Source: an uncultured Elusimicrobiaceae bacterium
GTDB taxonomy: Bacteria; Elusimicrobiota; Elusimicrobia; Elusimicrobiales; UBA9959
Direction: 5' to 3'
Assembly (NCBI GenBank): GCA_964417965.1
Contig: CAYQJX010000007.1
Location: 12,717 to 76,716 of the forward strand
DNA: 64,000 bases
Position 1 is the first letter of the stretch. Every line of letters begins with the position of its first letter. The notes below the pieces were generated by a model, which was given only the letters and a program-made list of their open reading frames with translations, was not told the origin of the DNA and ran no database searches. This document shows positions 27,450 to 37,410 of the stretch, piece after piece. Position numbers and translations under genes: made by a program.

Positions 27450-27758
27450 ATGCTGAAACTAAAGAAAAAAGACACGATTATAGTGCTCGCCGGCAAGGAC
27501 AAGGGCAAGAAAGGCGAGATCAAGGAGATCATCCCCACCGACCGCAAGGTCGTGGTGATGGGGATCAACATCGTCTCCAAGCACAAGAAGACCACCAAGG
27601 CCAAGCCCGGCGGCATTCACAAGGTGGAAGCCCCCATGGATATCTCCAACGTGCAGCTGGTGTGCCCCAAGTGCGGCAAGCCGGCCCGCGTGAAGGTGAC
27701 CGTCCAGGGCGGCGAGAAGATGCGCGCCTGCAAAAAATGCGGCGAAGTCATAGTTTAA
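27450..27758 (+). CDS. rplX: 50S ribosomal protein L24 (with C-terminal CxxC...CxxC)
   Basis: KOW motif KKDTIIVLAGKDKGKKGEI. C-terminal CPKCG...CKKCG. Confidence 0.95.
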   Translation: MLKLKKKDTIIVLAGKDKGKKGEIKEIIPTDRKVVVMGINIVSKHKKTTKAKPGGIHKVEAPMDISNVQLVCPKCGKPARVKVTVQGGEKMRACKKCGEVIV

Positions 27759-27771
27759 AGAGGTAATTTAA

Positions 27772-28467
27772 ATGGCGAAGGAAACCCCGAAAGAGAACAC
27801 GAAAGAGCAGCACAAGGCTGCCAACAAGAAAGAGCACCAGCAACAGAAAGTGCAGGTGACCGAGGCCCGCAAGGGCCCCGTGGCGCAGCTGCCGAAAGGC
27901 TACAAAGTGCGCATGAGCGACCTGTACCGGACCACCGTGCAGCCGGCGCTGATGAAGGATTTTAACCTGACCTCCCCGATGGCCGCCCCGAAGATGACCA
28001 AGATCGTCATCAACATCGGCGTGTCCGAGGCCAAGGAAAACATCCAGGCGCTCGACCTGGCCAAGGAAGACCTTACGGTCATCTCCGGCCAGAACCCCCA
28101 GGTGCGCAAGGCCAAGAAGTCCATTTCGAACTTCAAGCTGCGCGAGGGCATGCCGATCGCCGTGCGCGTGACGCTGCGCGGCATCCGGATGTACGAGTTC
28201 TTCGACAGGTTCGTCTCCATCTCGGTGCCCCGCATCCGCGACTTCCAGGGCGTCGACCCCCGGTTCTTCGACGGGCGCGGCAACCTGAACATCGGCCTCA
28301 AGGAACACCACATTTTCCCCGAGGTCAACATGGAGAAATCTCCTAAAGCCCGCGGCATGAACATCACGTTCGTGACCACCGCCGGCGACGACAAAAAGGG
28401 CAAGGCCCTGCTGGAATATATGGGCATGCCGTTCAAGAAGCCCGAAGTCAAGCAGGCGAGCAAGTAA
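27772..28467 (+). CDS. rplE: 50S ribosomal protein L5 (with roughly 47 aa Lys/Glu/Gln-rich N-terminal extension if the ATG at 27772 is used)
   Basis: The canonical core starts at MSDLYRTTVQPALMKDF (ATG 27913). The frame is open from 27772 with an AGAGG SD. PRIRDFQG. Confidence 0.93.
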   Translation: MAKETPKENTKEQHKAANKKEHQQQKVQVTEARKGPVAQLPKGYKVRMSDLYRTTVQPALMKDFNLTSPMAAPKMTKIVINIGVSEAKENIQALDLAKEDLTVISGQNPQVRKAKKSISNFKLREGMPIAVRVTLRGIRMYEFFDRFVSISVPRIRDFQGVDPRFFDGRGNLNIGLKEHHIFPEVNMEKSPKARGMNITFVTTAGDDKKGKALLEYMGMPFKKPEVKQASK

Positions 28468-28494
28468 AGATTCTAAAGTTAACAGGAGAAAGAA

Positions 28495-28680
28495 ATGGCT
28501 ACATACGCTTGGATGGCGAAGATGCGCAAACCCCAGAAGTTCTCCACGCGCTTCCGCAACCGCTGCCAGATTTGCGGCAGACCGCGCGGCTACTACCGGG
28601 ACTTCGGTCTCTGCAGGATCTGCCTGAGGAAGATGGCCCACGAGGGTCTGATCCCGGGCCTGAAGAAGTCCAGCTGGTAA
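28495..28680 (+). CDS. rpsN: 30S ribosomal protein S14, type Z (zinc-binding, 61 aa)
   Basis: [20 protein letters not shown]. Confidence 0.95.
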   Translation: MATYAWMAKMRKPQKFSTRFRNRCQICGRPRGYYRDFGLCRICLRKMAHEGLIPGLKKSSW

Positions 28681-28719
28681 CCGCTGCGATAAAGTTTTAG
28701 AGAGCAAGGAGAGAAAAGA

Positions 28720-29127
28720 ATGGACCCTATATCTAACATGCTGTGCGCGATAAAGAACGCCACAACCAAGAAAAAAGAACGGGTGGACGTGCCCTTCTCC
28801 GGCATCAAGGCCGGCCTGGTGAAGCTCCTCAAGGACGAGGGCTTTGTCTCGAATTTCAAGGTGCTTGATCCCAAGCTGGACAAGACCATCGACCGGCGCG
28901 GCGTGATCCGCATCACGCTGAAGTACACGCTGGACAAGCAGCCGGTGATAAACGGCATCCGCCGCGTATCCAAGCCGGGCCTGCGCGTTTACCGCAGCCA
29001 CGACGAAATGCCCAAGGTGCGGGCCGCCTTCGGCGTGACCATCGTGTCCACCTCCAAGGGGCTGCTGACCGACGCCGACGCCAAGAAGCAGCGGCTTGGC
29101 GGCGAAGTGCTCTGCCAGGTGTGGTAA
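28720..29127 (+). CDS. rpsH: 30S ribosomal protein S8
   Basis: MDPISNMLCAIKNA. Confidence 0.97.
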   Translation: MDPISNMLCAIKNATTKKKERVDVPFSGIKAGLVKLLKDEGFVSNFKVLDPKLDKTIDRRGVIRITLKYTLDKQPVINGIRRVSKPGLRVYRSHDEMPKVRAAFGVTIVSTSKGLLTDADAKKQRLGGEVLCQVW

Positions 29128-29153
29128 AACAAGCTATTTAAGAGGTAAAAAAC

Positions 29154-29729
29154 ATGAGCCGAATTGGAAAAATGCCTATCAATATGCCTGACAAGGTGAA
29201 AGCCCGCGTCGACGGCCGGACCGTCCACGTGGAAGGCCCGCTGGGGAAGCTCTCCTACCACCTGCCCGACGGCATAGACGCCGCCGTGGCCGGCGCCGTC
29301 ATCAACGTCAGCATCGCCCCCGGCGCCACCGACAAGGGCGCGCTGTTCGGCACGTGCCGCGCCCGCATCAACAACATGGTGACCGGCGTGGTCAAAGAAT
29401 TCGAAAAGGTGCTGGAGATCAGCGGCGTCGGTTTCAAGGGCGCCGTGGAAGGCAACCGCGTCTCCATGCAGCTTGGCTTCTCGCACCCCGTGCTGGTGGA
29501 CATACCGCAGGGCATAAAGATGTCCTTCGACCCCAAGCAGGTGGTCCTTACCATAAAGGGTATAGACCGCGAAGTGGTGGGCAACCTGGCCGCCCAGATC
29601 AAGCGGATCAAGCGCCCCGAGCCTTATAAGGGCACGGGCATAAAGTACCAGGGCGAACACATTATCCGCAAGGCCGGTAAGACGGCTGCCGGAGCCGGCG
29701 CGACCAGCGGCGGCGCCGCCAAGAAGTAA
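29154..29729 (+). CDS. rplF: 50S ribosomal protein L6
   Basis: MSRIGKMPI and PEPYKGTGIKY. Confidence 0.97.
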   Translation: MSRIGKMPINMPDKVKARVDGRTVHVEGPLGKLSYHLPDGIDAAVAGAVINVSIAPGATDKGALFGTCRARINNMVTGVVKEFEKVLEISGVGFKGAVEGNRVSMQLGFSHPVLVDIPQGIKMSFDPKQVVLTIKGIDREVVGNLAAQIKRIKRPEPYKGTGIKYQGEHIIRKAGKTAAGAGATSGGAAKK

Positions 29730-29765
29730 CGGCGCAGCATAAAATACAGGAAAACAGGATACACT

Positions 29766-30128
29766 ATGATAAGCAAACAGGAACGCTACGAATTCCGCAA
29801 GGTCCGCTCCCGCAACAGGCTGTTCGATAACGGCATCAAAAGGCCGCGCCTGAGCGTCTACCGGGGCGCCAAACACCTCTACGCCCAGGTCGTCGACGAC
29901 CTGAAGGGCGCCACCCTCGCCGCCGCCTCGAGCTGCGACAAGGAACTGAAGGGCAAGCTGAAGTCCGGCAAAAGCATCGCCTCCGCCAAAGTGGTCGGGG
30001 CCCTGCTCGCCAAGCGCGCCGTCGCCAAGGGCGTGACCGAGGTCTGCTTCGACCGCGGCGGCAGGATATACCACGGCCGCATCAAGGCCCTGGCCGACGC
30101 GGCCCGCGAAGCCGGACTGAAATTCTAA
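29766..30128 (+). CDS. rplR: 50S ribosomal protein L18
   Basis: [19 protein letters not shown] and [15 protein letters not shown]. Confidence 0.95.
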   Translation: MISKQERYEFRKVRSRNRLFDNGIKRPRLSVYRGAKHLYAQVVDDLKGATLAAASSCDKELKGKLKSGKSIASAKVVGALLAKRAVAKGVTEVCFDRGGRIYHGRIKALADAAREAGLKF

Positions 30129-30143
30129 GGGAGACGCCACAAA

Positions 30144-30698
30144 ATGCTCAGAAACCAGAAACAGCTTAAGACCAGCAAAGAACTCAGCGCCCAGGGCAAG
30201 ACCCCCGGCGATTCGATGGAACTCGACCTGACCGGCGCCAAGGAAGAGAAAGTCGTGACCGTGGTGATCAACCGCGTTACCAAGGTCGTCAAGGGCGGCA
30301 AGCGCTTCTCCTTCAACGCCCTCGTCGTCGTGGGCGACAGCAACGGCAAGGTCGGCGTAGGCCTGGGCAAGTCCAACGAGGTGCAGGGGGCCATACAGAA
30401 AGGCACCGCCGGCGCCCGCAAGGACATGTTCCAGTTCCCGCTGGAGAAAACCACCATCCCGCACGAAGTGGAAGGCCATTTCGGCGCCGGCAAGGTCTGG
30501 ATGAAGCCCGCCGTGGACGGCACCGGCCTTATCGCCGGCGGCGGCGTCCGCGCCGTGCTCGAAGCTGCCGGTGTGAAGAACATCCTCACCAAGAACCTCG
30601 GCACCCGCAACGCCTTCAATACGGTTTACGCCACGCTCGACGCCCTCAAGCGGCTCAAGAGCAGGGAAGAAGTCAACAAGATCCGCGGCAAGGAATAA
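30144..30698 (+). CDS. rpsE: 30S ribosomal protein S5
   Basis: [16 protein letters not shown] and GVGLGKS. Confidence 0.97.
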   Translation: MLRNQKQLKTSKELSAQGKTPGDSMELDLTGAKEEKVVTVVINRVTKVVKGGKRFSFNALVVVGDSNGKVGVGLGKSNEVQGAIQKGTAGARKDMFQFPLEKTTIPHEVEGHFGAGKVWMKPAVDGTGLIAGGGVRAVLEAAGVKNILTKNLGTRNAFNTVYATLDALKRLKSREEVNKIRGKE

Positions 30699-30741
30699 CG
30701 CCGCAGGTCAGGACAGATTCTTAGGACACAGGAGAAAAACT

Positions 30742-31266
30742 ATGGTCTCACTGAACAATCTCAAACCCAAGTGGGGTTCTATCCACAAGCGCAAGCGCCT
30801 CGGCACCGGCCAGGGTTCCGGCCACGGCCAGACCTCTACCCGCGGCCAGAAGGGCCAGAACGCCACCTCGGGCGGCGCCAAGCCGGACGGTTTCGAGGGC
30901 GGCCAGATCCCGCTGCTGCGGCGCATCCCCAAGAGCGGCTTCAGCAACGTGCGCTTCCGCACCAAGTACGAGTGGGTCAACATCTCCTCGCTCGAGAAAT
31001 GTTTTAAAGCCGGCGCGGAAGTGACCCCGGATTCCCTGGTCAAAGCCCGCCTGGTCAAGCACGTCACCCTGATAAAGATCCTCGGCGACGGCGAACTGAC
31101 GAAAGCCCTGACCGTGAAAGCCCACGGCTTCTCCGCTTCCGCGAAGGAAAAGATCGAGAAGGCCGGCGGCAAGATCGAAGAGCTCGTCGGAGCGAAGGCC
31201 GCCAAGGCCGCCGCGGTGATAGCGCAGGCCGAAGCCAAGAAAAAAGCTAAAACGGGCAAAAAATAA
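30742..31266 (+). CDS. rplO: 50S ribosomal protein L15
   Basis: LNNLKP...GTGQGSGHGQTSTRGQKGQ. Confidence 0.95.
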   Translation: MVSLNNLKPKWGSIHKRKRLGTGQGSGHGQTSTRGQKGQNATSGGAKPDGFEGGQIPLLRRIPKSGFSNVRFRTKYEWVNISSLEKCFKAGAEVTPDSLVKARLVKHVTLIKILGDGELTKALTVKAHGFSASAKEKIEKAGGKIEELVGAKAAKAAAVIAQAEAKKKAKTGKK

Positions 31267-32591
31267 TGCAGCAAATCACCGACATTTTTAAGATACAGGA
31301 TCTTAAGAAACGGATATTCTTCGTCCTCGGGGCGCTGGCCGTGTACCGGCTCGGCGCCTCCATCCCGATACCCGGCATCAACACCGCGGCCCTGCAGGCT
31401 CTGTTCGAGTCGCAGAAAGGCTCGCTGCTGGGTTTCCTGGACATCTTCTCGGGCGGCGCCCTCGGCCGGTTCTCTATCTTCTCCATGGGCGTGATGCCTT
31501 ACATCAACGCGTCCATCATCATGAGCCTGGTGCAGGGAGCCCATATCTTCCCCGTGCTGGACCGCCTCCAGAAAGAAGGCGAATCCGGCCGCAAGAAGAT
31601 CACCCAGTTCACCCGCGTGTTCACGCTGTTCCTGGCGGCCTTCCAGTCGCTGGGCCTCACCATGGCGCTGACCCGGATGGATACCAGCGGCCCGGCCATC
31701 GTCACCAACCCGACATTCGGCTTCTATTTCGTCACCGTGCTGACCCTGGTCACCGGCACCATCTTCGTGATGTGGCTGGGCGAGCAGATCACCGAGCGGG
31801 GTATCGGCAACGGCATTTCGCTGATCATCTTCGCCGGCATCGTGGGGGCGCTCCCCTCGGCCGTGATGGGCATGATAGAGCTGATCCGCGTGGACGAAAT
31901 CAGCCTGATCTCCGGCATCCTGATCCTCGCGATGGTGCTGGCGATCATCGGCTTCGTTATCTGGGTGGAGACCGCCCAGCGCAAGATCCCGGTGCAGTAC
32001 GCCCAGCGCATGGTGGGCCGCAAGATGATGGGCGGCGCCTCCACGTTCCTGCCGCTGAAGGTGGACCAGAGCGGCGTTATCGCGGTTATCTTCGCGGTGT
32101 CGCTGCTCTCCGTGCCCTATACGATAGGTTCCTTCAACCCTAACGCTCCCTGGGCGCAGAAGCTGATGTCGCTGATGAACCACACCAGCATCATTTACCA
32201 GCTTGTCTACGTGGCGCTGATCATCTTCTTCTGCTACTTCTACAATTCCGTAAGCATCAACCCCAAGGACCTGGCCGAGAATATGAAGAAGTGGGGCGGT
32301 TTCATCCCCGGCATACGCCCGGGCGAGCCGACGGCCAACCACATCGAGTGGGTGCTTAACCGCATCACGCTCGGCGGCGCGCTGTTCGTCTCCGCCATAG
32401 CGGTGCTGCCCGACTACCTGCGGGCCAAGTTCAACGTCCCGTTCTACTTCGGCGGCACCTCGCTGCTGATCGTCGTGGGCGTGGCGCTCGACACCATAGC
32501 CCAGACCGAGGCGCATCTCGTGATGCGCAACTACGAGGGGTTCTACAAGAACTCCAAGATCAAGGGCCGCTGGTTTAACGTCGGGTCTTAA
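31266..32591 (+). CDS. secY: preprotein translocase subunit SecY
   Basis: 10-TM profile, with GIMPYI-like GVMPYINASI and GEQITERGIGNGISL. TAATG overlap with rplO. Confidence 0.97.
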   Translation: MQQITDIFKIQDLKKRIFFVLGALAVYRLGASIPIPGINTAALQALFESQKGSLLGFLDIFSGGALGRFSIFSMGVMPYINASIIMSLVQGAHIFPVLDRLQKEGESGRKKITQFTRVFTLFLAAFQSLGLTMALTRMDTSGPAIVTNPTFGFYFVTVLTLVTGTIFVMWLGEQITERGIGNGISLIIFAGIVGALPSAVMGMIELIRVDEISLISGILILAMVLAIIGFVIWVETAQRKIPVQYAQRMVGRKMMGGASTFLPLKVDQSGVIAVIFAVSLLSVPYTIGSFNPNAPWAQKLMSLMNHTSIIYQLVYVALIIFFCYFYNSVSINPKDLAENMKKWGGFIPGIRPGEPTANHIEWVLNRITLGGALFVSAIAVLPDYLRAKFNVPFYFGGTSLLIVVGVALDTIAQTEAHLVMRNYEGFYKNSKIKGRWFNVGS

Positions 32592-32644
32592 AGCCGCCGT
32601 GCGCGGCCGCGGAGCCCGCTGGGCTGCGCGCTACGTGATCGCTT

Positions 32645-33289
32645 ATGAACATCATTCTTTTGGGGTATCCCGGTTCCGGAAAGGGTACCCTCGCTAAAGA
32701 TCTTTCTAAATCGCTCGACCTGGTCCACGTCTCCACCGGGGATATCCTCCGCGACGAGATGGCCAGGAAGACCGCGCTGGGCCTGGAGGCCTCGTCCTAC
32801 ATGGCCGGCGGCCGCCTGGTGCCGGACCGCCTGGTGATGGACATGCTGAAGGTCCGTTTGGGCGCCGAGACGCGCGGCCTGCTGTTCGACGGCTTCCCGC
32901 GCACCGTGGCCCAGGCCGAGGCGCTGGACGCCTGGTTCGGAACGCGCGGGCAGGAAATAGATTCCGTGGTGTTCCTCAACGTGGCCGAGGCCGTGGTGAT
33001 GGCCCGCCTGGGTTCCCGGCGCACCTGCACCGGCTGCGGCAAGATCTACAACGTCATCTCCAGCCCGCCGGCCAAAGAGGGCGTCTGCGACGCCTGCGCC
33101 AAGCCGCTGATGACGCGCGAGGACGACAAGACCGAGGTGATCGCCCGGCGCATACAGGTTTACAAGGACCAGACCGAGCCGCTGCTGGCCTATTACCGGT
33201 CCGCCGGCAATTTCGTGGAGGCCGACGGGGGAAAGACTCCGGACGCCGTTACGAAGGACGTGCTGACGCTGCTGCACGCCAAGCCGTGA
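32645..33289 (+). CDS. adk: adenylate kinase (zinc-lid type)
   Basis: LLGYPGSGKGT P-loop. Lid CTGCGKIYN...CDAC. Confidence 0.95.
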   Translation: MNIILLGYPGSGKGTLAKDLSKSLDLVHVSTGDILRDEMARKTALGLEASSYMAGGRLVPDRLVMDMLKVRLGAETRGLLFDGFPRTVAQAEALDAWFGTRGQEIDSVVFLNVAEAVVMARLGSRRTCTGCGKIYNVISSPPAKEGVCDACAKPLMTREDDKTEVIARRIQVYKDQTEPLLAYYRSAGNFVEADGGKTPDAVTKDVLTLLHAKP

Positions 33290-34038
33290 TAGAGATAAAG
33301 ACCGCCGCGGAAATAGAGAGCATGCGCAGGGCTTCGCGCGTAGTCGCCGAGGTGCTGGAGCAGCTCAAGTCCCGGGTCAGGCCCGGGATCACCACGGCGG
33401 AACTTGATAAATTTGCGGAGCAGCGCGTGAGGGAACTCGGCGCTGTTCCGGCCTTCCTCGGTTACCGGGGATACCCGGCAACGCTCTGCGTTTCCATCAA
33501 CGAAGAGATCGTGCACGGGATACCCAGCCCGAAGCGGGTGGTGCGGGAAGGCGACATCGTAAGCCTGGACATGGGCGCGGTCTGCGAAGGTTTTTACGGC
33601 GACGCCGCCGTCACCGTGGCCGCCGGGGAGATCTCGGCGCCGGCGAAGCGGCTGATGGACGTGACGCGGGTTTCGCTGGAAAAGGCGCTCTCGGCCGTAA
33701 AAGCGGGAGCCAGGCTGGGGGACGTTTCCCACGCCGTGGAAAAATACGCCGTAGAGAACGGAATGTCGGTGGTGCGGGAGTTCACGGGGCACGGCATAGG
33801 CCGGCGCCTGCACGAGGAACCCTCCATCCCGAACTTCGGGCGCCCCGGCACCGGGCCGCTCCTGAAGGCGGGCATGACCCTGGCGATAGAGCCGATGCTG
33901 TGCCTGGGCAAGGCGGACGTGATAGTGAAGAACGACGGCTGGACCGCGGTTTCCGCGGATGGCAGCCTCTCCGCCCACTATGAACACACGGTGGCCGTCA
34001 CGGAGGACGGCTGCGATATACTGAGTTCGTGCTGCTAG
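33286..34038 (+). CDS. map: type I methionine aminopeptidase
   Basis: IVSLDMG, FTGHGIG, LAIEPM and HYEHTV metal ligands. GTG start overlaps the adk stop. Confidence 0.95.
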   Translation: MIEIKTAAEIESMRRASRVVAEVLEQLKSRVRPGITTAELDKFAEQRVRELGAVPAFLGYRGYPATLCVSINEEIVHGIPSPKRVVREGDIVSLDMGAVCEGFYGDAAVTVAAGEISAPAKRLMDVTRVSLEKALSAVKAGARLGDVSHAVEKYAVENGMSVVREFTGHGIGRRLHEEPSIPNFGRPGTGPLLKAGMTLAIEPMLCLGKADVIVKNDGWTAVSADGSLSAHYEHTVAVTEDGCDILSSCC

Positions 34039-34043
34039 ATAAT

Positions 34044-34053
34044 TTTGTATAAT
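34044..34053 (+). promoter_or_regulatory. extended -10-like box TTTGTATAAT upstream of infA
   Basis: TATAAT at 34048-34053, with a second overlapping TATAAT at 34053-34058. The ATG at 34063 has no SD. Confidence 0.35.
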
Positions 34054-34062
34054 ATAATAAAT

Positions 34063-34284
34063 ATGTCAGAAAACAGCGAAAAAATAGAGATCGAAGGGAT
34101 AGTAAAAGAGTCCCTTCCGAACGCCACTTTTAAAGTAGAAATAGCCCCGGGCAAGACGATACTGGGCATCATCTCCGGCAAGATGCGCATTCATCACATA
34201 AAGATACTCCCGGGCGACAAGGTGAAGATGGAACTTTCGCCTTATGACCTGAGCAAGGGCCGGATAGTGTACAGGGAAAAATAA
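34063..34284 (+). CDS. infA: translation initiation factor IF-1
   Basis: [20 protein letters not shown]...[16 protein letters not shown]. The ATG at 34063 gives the typical 73 aa. Confidence 0.95.
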   Translation: MSENSEKIEIEGIVKESLPNATFKVEIAPGKTILGIISGKMRIHHIKILPGDKVKMELSPYDLSKGRIVYREK

Positions 34285-34328
34285 ACCGGTCGTCCCCCGA
34301 CGGCAGGCTACCAGCAAGAGGTGCTTCA

Positions 34329-34442
34329 ATGAAAGTCAGAGCGAGCGTTAAAAAAATTTGCGTAAAGTGCAAGATCGTCAAGCGCAAGGGCGTTGTCCGT
34401 GTAATTTGCGACGACCCCCGCCACAAGCAGCGCCAGGGCTAA
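34329..34442 (+). CDS. rpmJ: 50S ribosomal protein L36 (zinc form)
   Basis: Hand-translated as [37 protein letters not shown]. Too short to appear in the ORF track. Confidence 0.93.
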   Translation: MKVRASVKKICVKCKIVKRKGVVRVICDDPRHKQRQG

Positions 34443-34508
34443 ACCCCGGCTGGTGACTGGCGGCGACAGCCCTGGTAACCGATTACAGCAGAATCCCAAG
34501 GAGAAAGT

Positions 34509-34907
34509 ATGGCACGTATAGCAGGTGTGGACTTACCGAGAGACAAAAAAATCAGCATCGCTTTAGCCTATGTTTACGGCATAGGGCGCCCGATGGCCAA
34601 GAAGATCCTGGCCGGCCTCGTGAACCAGGTCAGCCCCGATACCCGGGTGAAGGACCTGACCGAAGACCAGATCGGTCTCATCAACACCACCATCCAGAAA
34701 GAGTACAAGGTGGAGGGCGAGCTCCGCAGGGAGATCACCGCCAACCTGAAGCGGTACGTCGAGATCAACAGCTACCGCGGCTACCGGCACCGCCGGAACC
34801 TGCCCGTCCGCGGGCAGCGCACCCGCACCAACGGGCGCACCCGCAGAGGCCGCAGACGGACCGTCGGCGCCTCCTCGAAGGCAGCCGCCGCCGCGCCGAA
34901 GGCGTAA
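34509..34907 (+). CDS. rpsM: 30S ribosomal protein S13
   Basis: [13 protein letters not shown]. Confidence 0.97.
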   Translation: MARIAGVDLPRDKKISIALAYVYGIGRPMAKKILAGLVNQVSPDTRVKDLTEDQIGLINTTIQKEYKVEGELRREITANLKRYVEINSYRGYRHRRNLPVRGQRTRTNGRTRRGRRRTVGASSKAAAAAPKA

Positions 34908-34960
34908 GGCGCAGCCCCTCCGCCACGGCGGAGGGGAAAAACTACGGAGGATGATTTAAT

Positions 34961-35392
34961 ATGGCAGAAGAAAATAAAACCCAGCAGCCCCAGGACGGGG
35001 CCAAGAAACCCGAGCAGAAGGCGGCCCCCCGGCGCCGCGTGCGCACCGTGGCTTTCGCCCGCGTGTACGTGAACTGCTCCTTCAACAACACGATCGTGAC
35101 CTTTACCGACGAGAAGGGCGGCGTCATCGCCTGGTCCACCTCGGGCGGCAACGGTTTCCGCGGCACCAAGAAGGGCACCCCCTTCGCCGCCCAGATCACC
35201 GCCGCCAAGGCCGCCGCGAAGGCGGCCGAATACGGCGTCCGGCAGGCCATGGTTTTTGTCAACGGCCCCGGCCCCGGCCGCGAGACCGCCATCCGCGCGG
35301 TAGCGCAGAGCGGCATACACGTGGTGTCCATCAAGGACGTCACCCCGATCCCGCACAACGGCTGCAGGCCCCCTAAAGCCCGCCGCGTCTAA
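34961..35392 (+). CDS. rpsK: 30S ribosomal protein S11
   Basis: [12 protein letters not shown]...[19 protein letters not shown]. Confidence 0.97.
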   Translation: MAEENKTQQPQDGAKKPEQKAAPRRRVRTVAFARVYVNCSFNNTIVTFTDEKGGVIAWSTSGGNGFRGTKKGTPFAAQITAAKAAAKAAEYGVRQAMVFVNGPGPGRETAIRAVAQSGIHVVSIKDVTPIPHNGCRPPKARRV

Positions 35393-35421
35393 CACCAGAG
35401 AGAACGAAGGAGACTTTTACA

Positions 35422-36060
35422 ATGTCGAGATATACCGGACCCAGCTGCAAGAAATGCACGAAAGTGAGCCAGAAACTGTTCCTCAAGGGAACCAAGTGCC
35501 ACACCAACTGCCAGGTGGACAAAGCCCAGCGCGCTGAAAAGGAAAAGCGTTTTGGCGGCGGCAAGCGCCCCAACAAGATATCCGACTACGGCAAACATCT
35601 GCGCGAAAAGCAGATCGCCCGCCTGACGGCCCAGGTGACCGAGGCGCAGTTCAAGCGCTTCTTCACCAAAGCCTCCAAGGACAAGGGCCAGACCGGCGCG
35701 GCGCTGCTGCGCTTCCTGGAAGTGCGCCTCGACAACATTACGCGCCGCCTCGGCTTCGCGGTGTCGCTCAAAGCCGCCCGCCAGCTGGTCAACCACGGCC
35801 ACGTGAAGGTGAACGGCCGCATCCTCTCCATCCCGTCCGCCATGCTCAAGCCCGGCGACGAGGTGACGATGAACGCGAAGACCGCCGAGACCCCGCTGGT
35901 GAAGCAGGGCATGGAGCACGCCGAGAAGACCACCCAGCGCCCCAGCTTCCTGGCCTGGGATTCCGGCACGAAGACCGGCAAGCTCGTGCGCTGGCCCGAC
36001 CGCGCCGAGTCCAGCATCAACGCCGACGAGCAGCTCATCGTCGAATTCTATTCCAAGTAA
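35422..36060 (+). CDS. rpsD: 30S ribosomal protein S4 (Cys-containing N-terminus)
   Basis: MSRYTGPSCKKC and S4 domain RLDNITRRLGFA. Confidence 0.95.
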   Translation: MSRYTGPSCKKCTKVSQKLFLKGTKCHTNCQVDKAQRAEKEKRFGGGKRPNKISDYGKHLREKQIARLTAQVTEAQFKRFFTKASKDKGQTGAALLRFLEVRLDNITRRLGFAVSLKAARQLVNHGHVKVNGRILSIPSAMLKPGDEVTMNAKTAETPLVKQGMEHAEKTTQRPSFLAWDSGTKTGKLVRWPDRAESSINADEQLIVEFYSK

Positions 36061-36072
36061 ACGAGGTTCTTA

Positions 36073-37047
36073 ATGGCTACTTTCTCAAAACAGCTGGTTA
36101 TTCCCGAAGGTCTTAACATCGACGACAAGTCGAAGACGGACAATTACGCGAAGTTCACCGCTGAGCCCTACGAAAAAGGCTACGGCCACACGATAGGCAA
36201 CTCGCTGCGCCGCATCCTGCTCTCGAGCATCGAGGGCGCGGCCGTGGTGGCCGTGCGCATCAAGGGCGCCAGGCACGAATATGCCGCCATCAACGGCGTG
36301 CAGGAAGACGTGGTCAACATCGTGCTGAACCTCAAGAAGCTGCGCGTGCGCCTCAAGGGCGAGGGCCCCGAGACCGTCATGATCTCCCTGAAGGGCAAAA
36401 AAGAAGTGAAGGCCTCCGACATAAAGGAGAACGCCAACGTCGAGATCATCAATAAGGACCTCGTGATAGCCCACGTCGAGAGCGGCGCCGAGTTCGAAGT
36501 GGAACTTGAGATCGCCCGCGGCTCGGGTTACCTGACCTCCGAAGAGATCCGCGCCCGCGTGAACCTGCCGATGGAGTTCATCCCGATGGACGCCATCTTC
36601 TCCCCTATCCAGAAAGTCCACTACACCGTGGAGAACGCCCGCGTGGGCCAGCGCACCGACTACGACAAGCTCGTGCTCGAGGTCTGGACCGACGGGACGC
36701 TGAGCCCCGACGACGCGGTTAAGAACACCGCCGCGCTGCTGCGCCGCTCGATCACCCCGTTCCTGCCGGCCGAAGAAGCCGCCAAAGAGCCCCTGAAGGC
36801 CGAGGCCGCCAAATCCGAGCCCGCCGGCGAGATGGCCGGCAAGCTGGAGCAGGGCGTGGAGATGATAGAACTCTCCTCCCGCGCCTCCAACTGCCTGAAA
36901 GTGGCCGGCATCCGCACGATAGGCGAACTGGTCCGCAAGTCCGAAGACGACCTGCTGGCCGTGAAGAATTTCGGGCAGAAATCCCTGGACGAGATCAAAG
37001 AGAAGCTCAAGGAAATGGGTCTCGACCTCGGGATGAAGATAGACTAA
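36073..37047 (+). CDS. rpoA: DNA-directed RNA polymerase subunit alpha
   Basis: GYGHTIGNSLRRILLSS. C-terminal domain ELSSRASNCLKVAGIRTIGEL. Confidence 0.97.
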   Translation: MATFSKQLVIPEGLNIDDKSKTDNYAKFTAEPYEKGYGHTIGNSLRRILLSSIEGAAVVAVRIKGARHEYAAINGVQEDVVNIVLNLKKLRVRLKGEGPETVMISLKGKKEVKASDIKENANVEIINKDLVIAHVESGAEFEVELEIARGSGYLTSEEIRARVNLPMEFIPMDAIFSPIQKVHYTVENARVGQRTDYDKLVLEVWTDGTLSPDDAVKNTAALLRRSITPFLPAEEAAKEPLKAEAAKSEPAGEMAGKLEQGVEMIELSSRASNCLKVAGIRTIGELVRKSEDDLLAVKNFGQKSLDEIKEKLKEMGLDLGMKID

Positions 37048-37068
37048 TTATTTTCCAAGGAAACAGCT

Positions 37069-37410
37069 ATGATAAGAAACTTAGGCGCAAGGAAACTTTC
37101 CAGGACCGGCTCTCACCGCCGCGCGATGTTCTCCAACATGGCGACCAGCCTGCTGCTGCACGAGAAGGTGGAGACCACCCTCCCGAAGGCGAAGGAGCTG
37201 GTGAAGGTGGCCGAGCGCGTGATCGCCGACGCCAAGAACAACCGCTGGGTGGAAGTTCGCCGCGTCATCAAGGACAAGGCCGTCTACCACAAGGTGTTCG
37301 ACGTCCTCGCCCCCCGCTATAAAGAGCGCAACGGCGGCTTCACCCGCATCCTGAAGCTCGGCGCCCGCCGCGGCGACGCGACTGAAACGGCCCTCGTAAA
37401 GCTGGTCTAA
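37069..37410 (+). CDS. rplQ: 50S ribosomal protein L17
   Basis: LSRTGSHRRAMFSNMATSLLLHEKVETTLPKAKE. Confidence 0.95.
   Translation: MIRNLGARKLSRTGSHRRAMFSNMATSLLLHEKVETTLPKAKELVKVAERVIADAKNNRWVEVRRVIKDKAVYHKVFDVLAPRYKERNGGFTRILKLGARRGDATETALVKLV

Noticed and set aside
30699-30741. Looked for a missed rpmD (L30) small ORF.
   Set aside because: The gap is only 43 nt, so no ORF is possible.
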